Source: Salpingoeca rosetta
Taxonomy: Eukaryota > Protista > Choanoflagellata
DNA length: 64,000 nucleotides
NCBI GenBank assembly: GCA_033442325.1
Contig: JAWQFM010000010.1
Coordinates: 511,437 to 575,436 of the forward strand
Direction: 5' to 3'
This document shows positions 52,101 through 64,000 of the stretch, one piece after another; position 1 is the first letter of the stretch; every line of letters starts with the position of its first letter. The notes below the pieces were generated by a model, which saw only the letters and a list, made by a program, of their open reading frames with translations, was not told the DNA's origin and did no database searches. The translations under genes were made by a program, and so were the position numbers.

Positions 52101-53247
52101 CGAGGGCGTCCACGAGATCAGAGATGCAGCGCAGCACCTCCTCAAATGCAATCTGGAACCGGTACGACAGGCCTGCACACGCAAGCATCATAGTGGCGGT
52201 GGCGGTGGTGATGATGGTGGTGAGGGAAGGGCGGATTCATGACGAAGGTGTGGTTGGAAGCTCTCATATCAGGCGCACGGTGCCAGTACGTGTGCACGCG
52301 TGTGTGAGCGTTAGTCAGAGCAAGCAAGCAAAACATCAAGTGAGCAATCAAGTGAGTACACGGGCGGAGCATCCAACGTACTCTCGTCCATCTTCTGAAT
52401 GAGGGACTGAATGCAGCCCTGCACGGCGTCTGCGTCTGCCTCGGTGGCCTTGTCCAGCATGGCCTTCACGCCAACACGGAACAGCGTCTGGTGGACACAA
52501 CAAGCAGCAGCAACACAGGAGCATATGAGCATGGTGGGATGTTGGTGCGACGACGTTGGTGCGATGAAGGCGAATGAGTGTGACGTGCAGTCAAAGGTTT
52601 GCGGTGAAAACGCTGTGGGCGCGTGCATGCTGGTATGATTGGGCATACAACGAAGCACAAGTATGCTTCACCGTGTCATCCCACCACTGTCACTGTGTCT
52701 TCACCACCACCGTCATCACACTACACCGCCACCGCCACAGTCACGCACCCTGAAGTTAGCGGCTGCGCTTGAGATGAGCGCCTTTGATCGGTCCTGCAGA
52801 CATTCGCGCAGAGAAGATGTGGTGGCCGAGATGGCCGCCGCGCCCTCGTGTGCACTCATCCTGTAGGAAACGTGTTGAATGGTGTGTGTGTGTGTGTGGA
52901 GTGTTGAGTTCGTGACTTACACACACAAAGGGACCACTATCACGTGCAGCCACACAGACACACACATACAGACAGACAGACACACACACACATACAGACA
53001 GACAGACACAGACACAGACACAGACAGACAGACACACACACAATGCAAGCGTGTGCAAGCGGGTTGCGCGTACTGTGCGATGCAGACGGCGGCGCGGGTG
53101 ACGGTTGTGTTCCATGTGCAGCGTGGCGCAACATCCTTCACAGCAGGGCAGTTGGGCACAAAGCTCTTGTACACATCCACTGCAGTCGACACAGGCAGCT
53201 CCTGGCTCAGCGGCGACGCAAAGAACGCTGGATGGCGATGATGATGG

Positions 53248-53309
<62 letters not shown>

Positions 53310-53873
53310 GTGGTGGTGATGATGAGGGGCGTACGATCACAGCTCGTTTCACGTCATGGCGAATGGAATGAAAGAATACAAAGGCAACCCAAAGCCCCAG
53401 ACAAACGTGTACACATGTACACACCTGTGAAAGCGTTGAGGCAGGTGGTCGTGGCAACTGCGTTTCCGAGCAGCAGCGTGTTGGCCATTGCCCGCGCCAG
53501 CTCTGCACACACACACACACACACACACATACATAAATGGAGGGCGGAGGTGTCACACAACGACAAAGCAATGATGTGATGAGTATGCGTATGGCCGTGC
53601 ATGTCAAAGGTTGGGCATCCTGATGTGGTCGTGATCAACTGCAAAGTGTGCTTCTATGTGTGTGTGTATATATATGTGTGTGTGCGTGTGCGTGCGTGTA
53701 CATGTGTGTGCGTGTATGTGTCGCACCTGAGACCATGTTAGGCGGGAAGAAGAAGAGTGTGGACTTGAGGATGCCGAGCACATACAACACGTTCTTGTCA
53801 GCCGTTTTCCTGCCCGTACTCAGCTGGTCGAGGAAGAACGACGCAGCAAGCCTGGGGATGTGGTGGTGGTGGT

Positions 53874-53919
<46 letters not shown>

Positions 53920-54218
53920 TGAGAGGATGCTGTGCTTGCGTGTTGTGAAGGCATGCGAAAGTCCAAGCAGAGGACATGGCCACCAAACGGCACAGCGGCA
54001 GAAGGACAAACACGAGTGCATACTTCATAAACGTTGTCTTCTTGTGGGCGTGGAGCTCGAGGATGTCTGTGACGGCAATCTGGGCGGCGTGGCGGACCTG
54101 GTGTGCACAGTCGTGGCATGACAAGTATCAACGATGATGGCGATGATGATCATGAGGAGGAGGAAGCGAAGCACGCACACACACACACACACACACACAA
54201 GCACAACCGCATGCAAAC

Positions 54219-54258
<40 letters not shown>

Positions 54259-54764
54259 CCGCATGCACAACCTTTGGGCGGGCGTCGGTGGTGAACTGCA
54301 GGAGCTGCTGTGCGAGCTCGCGTGTGCGTGCGTCCTTCCACGTCGTACTCGGCGCAGCGCGCAACTGGAACTTGATGCACACAATCCCCTGCAGTGGTGC
54401 AACGAGGCAAGGCAAGGACATCGTGAGGTGTACATCGTCGAGATTGATATGGCTCGATGGCTGAAGCACAGGTGCACGAACACGAGCGAATGCAATTGCA
54501 CAACACACACACACACACTCACACACACTCACACACACACACAACACAACACACACACAACACAACACACACACACACACACACAAGCTATCATTCAGCA
54601 CACAACACGTCCTCTGCCGCCGCACCTTGACGACTGGGCGGTTGCCGAGGTCTGGGTTGTGGCCAAAGTTGGCAATGACTTTGGCCAGCAGCTCCACAGC
54701 GGTGTCGTGGCGCTTCCCCAAGATGGCACGCGGGACACTGCACACCACGGGCATACAACGTGCA

Positions 54765-54796
<32 letters not shown>

Positions 54797-55935
54797 CAAA
54801 GAGACACGCATACAGCGTGAGGAGAGGCCCCGTGAAGTGGGCATACAGCGAGCAAGGATTGAGATTTGCGTGAAGTATGTATGGTGGGTGGTGGTGCACT
54901 GTTATGCATTCGATTCCAATCAACGTGTCGTTGAAACTAGACGTACGCCTTGCAGACGAGGCTGAGGAGGTAGAGCACGGCGCCGACCGAATCGCTCTCC
55001 GACGGGCGATCCACCAGCGAGCCGAGCGTGGACATGAGCGCTGCCCAGTATGTGGCGGGCGTCTCGCCCAGCTCCTTGGCCTGGATGTTCTCTGTGATGG
55101 CTGCAAAGACGGCGCACGTCTCCTGCCACAGCACCACCATCATGAACAAGAGCAAAGGGCGTATGAGAAACTGAAACAGCAATCACACTTTCTTGAACTG
55201 GAGCAAACGGAGGAACAACTGCACAAACGACGACCAAGTGGTGCATGCGCGGGCAGAGAGGAGATGGCAGATCAGCAGCGCCTCGTGTACGCACCAGATC
55301 GGCTGGCTTCTGGGAGTTCCACACTTTCTTGACAGGGGCGAAGATGGTCTCCACAATCTCGTTCTCGGGAAGCTCTCCAAGCGCAGTGGCTGTGTCGGGC
55401 ACAATCGCGCACGCAGCAACGAAACAAAGGGGAAGAGGGGGAGGGGGAGGGCGATCGAGAAGGTGGGTCAGAACTCCGATGCATGCAATGAATGCCGGCA
55501 GGCACCTTTCGTTGCCATCGAGCAAACAAGGCATCATCCATCGAGCAAACAAGGCATCAGCCATCAGTCAGGGTCAGTAGCAACACCAACAACAACCACA
55601 CACATACACACACATACACGCACACGCACATGCACGCATACACACATGCACACACACGCGCGCGCGCGCAAACACACACGCACACAGGCACACACAGAAG
55701 ACGCACTTGCGATGGACTTCATGTCTGCTTCGACATCTGTTGTGTTGTCGCCTTGCTGCATGTTATGCACGTCCAAAGCGGCTTTTGTCAAGGCACCGGC
55801 GCCGGACTTGGCACCCTTGCGCTTGGGGCGCTGCCTGCCAGAGGCAACAGCCGCAGATTGGCGGTGTTTGGTGTTCTTGGGGTTCACAAGGCTGGACGGC
55901 CCTGTCCACCGCCGACGCTTGTTCATGACAGGCAT
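44484..55935 (-). CDS. RRP12: RRP12-like HEAT-repeat ribosome biogenesis protein (NUC173), many exons
   Basis: N-terminus [17 protein letters not shown]; [14 protein letters not shown]; DARPKV; [12 protein letters not shown]; [12 protein letters not shown]; KEVNEATR; [13 protein letters not shown]; [10 protein letters not shown]; C-terminus [24 protein letters not shown]. Confidence 0.92.
48960..49130. repeat. (CACACC)n then (CA)n, intronic
   Basis: Direct reading. Confidence 0.9.
53236..53325. repeat. (GAT)n microsatellite, intronic
   Basis: Direct reading. Confidence 0.9.
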
Positions 55936-56369
55936 GGCGACGCTCGCTGGCTGGTTCAACGAAGACTTGCTCCGCTGGCTGTGGCTGTGGCTGTAGGTTG
56001 TCGTGCGAGCAGCTTGGTCTTTTGGGTGGTGGTCCTTTGCACGTGTGTGGTTGTGTTGCGGGAAATAAAACAGGCTTGGAAATAACATGGGTTTGATTCG
56101 ATGCACAATTACTGTTGCAGAATAAAAAAAATAAAATAAATTCTCCCTCCTCCCCCTTTTTGCGCGTCCTTCGACAACACCAACAACAACACCAAGCCAG
56201 CTGCGCATTCAGGACACACACCACCACAAAGCCACAAAAGCCACGAAGCCAAAGGAACGCTTGCTCCCTGAGCTGAGTGAGAAGAGTGCTGTTGTGCTTG
56301 CTTGTCATTGTCTTCACCGGTGTGTGTTTGCTGTTGCTCTTCGTGGGGGAAACCACTGCGACCGGCGCC

Positions 56370-60977
<4,608 letters not shown>

Positions 60978-61313
60978 ACATATGCACACACCCCTCCTTC
61001 AAATCAAGGCACCGTACCCCGTGATCCTTCTCTCTTCCTTCGCGTCTTGTCTCTACCGCTGGTCCCACCCTGTCCTCGCACTTCGTGTTGAGTCTACAAT
61101 TCACACAAACACACGCACATGCAAATGGTGGCGTGTGTGTTGTGTTCACCAGCCATTCGTTTGACCTTCCATCTTGTTGTCCGTCGCTATTCAGCTCTTA
61201 CGCCCGTTCGTGGGGTCGCGGTCTCACTTGTTCACGTTTCACTTACAACAAAACCAGCCCCAACCAACCAAGCAGCTGGAGAAAACTAACACAACAGCAG
61301 CCAGCCCGTTTGG

Positions 61314-61385
<72 letters not shown>

Positions 61386-61394
61386 CTAAGAGTG

Positions 61395-63960
61395 TCAGGA
61401 CAACAGGTCCAGCAGATCATTATTTTTGTTCGCCGACGACGTTGATGTTGATGTGGATGACTGTGCCGTGTTGCGTTGCGGCTGCATCAAGGATGCAAAC
61501 ACATCTTGTTGCTGCTGTTGCTGTTGTGGTTGCGATTGTGGTTGTGCAAACAGCCCCATGATGTTGGCCGTGTCTGCGCCACCACTGCTGCTTGCTTGCT
61601 GCGTCCGTGTTGTCGCTCCTGTGTCAAACACGGACGTCATTGGCATCATCGCACTCGCTGAAGACATGGCAGGTGCTGATGTTGTCGGCGTTGTCGCCGT
61701 TGCTGCTGTTGCTGGTGTTGATGATGATGGTGCATCAAAGATGCTGGTTGCCCACGTGCTGCTCTGAGGCCGGCGTTGCTGCGCCTGCGTCGCTGTTGTC
61801 TTGGCCAGGCGCGCAGATGGTGCAGATGATGATGACGATGACGATGGTTGCGCTGACAGCAACGAAGACGAGAACGCTGCCGATGCAGCCGTGGTGGTTG
61901 CTTGTGTCGCGGTAGCAGGACCACCCGCCCTCACGACGCCAGCCGGTGCCGGTGCCGCTGTTGTTGTTGTCGTTGTTGCTGTTGAGCTTGACGGCGTTGA
62001 TGCCCATAACGACGACGACGACCAATCAATCCCCGAACCGGCTTGCGGTGGCGCGGGTGTGTTGGCTGTGGCGGACGTCGGTAGCACTGACGATGACACA
62101 GCCTCTTTTGTCGCATCAGATGAGCTTGCAGTCGTGGTCGTGCCTGGACATGACAGCAGCAAGTGTTGAAGAGGACGGTCGCGTCAGCATGCAGTGAGTA
62201 TGAGTGTGTGCGCATGTGGATGTGCGTGTTGACGCGTTTGTGTGAGCGTGTGTGTGAGCGTGTGTGAGTGTGTGCATGAGTGTGTGCACGACCACATGTG
62301 CATGTCACGTTCACCTAAAAGCGAGATACCGGCCGACGTGACCGCAAATCCGTCAAAGATGGAGCCGGCTGAGGCGCCAGTCGCTGTTGGTGCTGTCGTT
62401 GCTGCTGTTGGTGCTGTCGTTGCTGCTGTTGGTGCTGTGGTGTGCGGTGGTGGTGACGGCGTGGTTGCTGTTGGCGTTGGCATCTTGGCGAGTCGTGCTA
62501 GAACGTCGCGTTCCCCTGCAGTGTCAAAGGTCGGAAAAGCGGACAGGGACGAGGTGGAGGAGGAGGATGCTCCATCCTTCTGTTGTGTGTGATGCGGACA
62601 GCGATTACGATGAACAGGGCGAATAGCGGCGCAGACAAACAAAACAAACAAGACAAAATAAAACAAGACAAAACAAACAAGATAAAACAAACAAGACAAA
62701 ACAAACAAGACAAAACAAACAAACACGCGCTGCATCTCACGTGTGTCATGGCAGCGACGGTGGAGTCTGCCTGGCGTGCAAGCACTTCGCGTTCCTTGAG
62801 CGCTTTCGTCCGCTCGTTCTCAATCGACGTCGTGATGTCCCTTACCAGCCGCACAATCGTCGTGAACTGATAATGTGGATGCACGTCGATGCGTGAGCCA
62901 TTCGTAGGCGTTGCGGAAACACAAGGCAATGCACATACACACACATACACACACACACACGTGTCACATGCGCAAGCATGCACACACACGCACACACACA
63001 CACACACACACCTGCTTGAGGTTGAGGTTTGGCGCTGCCATAAACGGAGCAATGAGAACGAGCACGCGGGTGGAGAGACAGCACGCATCCAGGCCATATT
63101 TGTCTTTGTCGCGCAGCGCCTGTGAACAAACGTGCACGCGCGAACGATTATGGTGGATGGCGCCATCAAGCGAATGATGACCAATGTGTCAGTTCATGTG
63201 TGAGATAGTGTGTGTGCGTGTGAGGTGCGTGTATGCGAATGTGTGTGTGTGTGCATGTGTGTGTGTGTGTGCCGCACCTGGTGCAGGACGCCCAGCATGG
63301 CCATGACGACGCCGGCGTCTCGCTGCTTCACGTGCTCCAGCATCGGCAACATGCTCTCCTGCACACAATAGCCAGCACGTGTGCAGGCAAAACAAAGCAT
63401 TTAAGTGGGTGGCAGCAAGAGTGGTAGACAGAACGCATGTCATGCCAGTGATGCAAGTGCAACTGCACCAGCACATGTGCACGCATGCGCTAGCATTGCC
63501 ATCACACACATGTGCGCACGTGTGACCACGCTCTGACAGTACTCATGCATGCAAGCACGATTGTGCGAGCACATGTGTCCGCCGCACCTGGAAGATCCAC
63601 TTGTCCATAACGGGGAGGAGCTGGCCGAGACACACGAGCCCGTTGATGCGCAACTTCGCATCTGTCGTCGTCACAACAAGCCGCTGCCATGTACACCAAA
63701 GTGGGAAGGGTGAGTGAGTGAGTGAGTGAGTGAGTGAGTGAGTGAGTGAGTGAGTGAGTGAGTGAGTGAGTGAGTGAGTGAGTGAGTGAGTGAGTGAGTG
63801 AGTGAGTGAGTGAGTGAGTGTGTGAGTGATCGAGCACGCAGATACGTACACCCCTACACAACAGCACACAAGAACACATGCACACACCTGAACGAGAGGG
63901 AGGAGTTCATTCTTCATCGCCGCGTAGTCGATGGTGTTCATGACAGACGGAAGGACCTGC
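61395..63960 (-). CDS. SCYL2: SCYL2/CVAK104-like pseudokinase, C-terminal HEAT exons and low-complexity tail; 5' part outside the window
   Basis: IDYAAMKNELLP, LRINGLVCLGQLLPVMDKW, AGVVMAMLG, PNLNLKQ/FTTIVRLVRDI..IENE, and the terminal NDLLDLLS*. Confidence 0.8.
63710..63828. repeat. (GAGT)n microsatellite, intronic
   Basis: Direct reading; a similar tract lies at ~42940-43028. Confidence 0.9.
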
Positions 63961-64000
63961 AAACACAACCCGACGACGCTGTAAACGAAGGGGGGAGGGG

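Overview
Eukaryotic, intron-rich, gene-dense genomic DNA whose introns are saturated with (CA/TG)n and other microsatellites. Style and gene content suggest a choanoflagellate, most likely Salpingoeca rosetta (inference). There are two assembly gaps. Most ORFs in the six-frame track are microsatellite read-throughs; the real genes were rebuilt by hand from GT/GC-AG exons. About 14 genes are supported, left to right: tetraspanin (TSPAN13/31-like, -, truncated), NlpC/P60 papain-fold protein (+), SOS1/NHX7-type Na+/H+ antiporter with CNBD-like tail (-), tandem CCCH zinc-finger protein (+), TTLL10-like glycylase (+), RNF212/Zip3-like meiotic RING protein (+), FAF1/2-like UBL-UAS-UBX protein (-), a giant intronless piggyBac-derived protein with a degenerate DDD triad (+), a UBC/UEV-fold + OGFOD2-like 2OG-Fe(II) oxygenase fusion (-), PFDN5 (+), VKORC1-like (-), RRP12 (-), SH2D4-like (+) and the 3' part of SCYL2-like (-). 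Best leads: (1) an NlpC/P60 peptidase-like gene close to TTLL10, a possible tubulin-glycylation writer/eraser pair; (2) an apparently domesticated piggyBac transposase; (3) a compositionally foreign ~250-bp segment that breaks the splicing frame of the CCCH gene; (4) the pseudo-E2/oxygenase fusion. All family calls come from motif recognition, not database searches.
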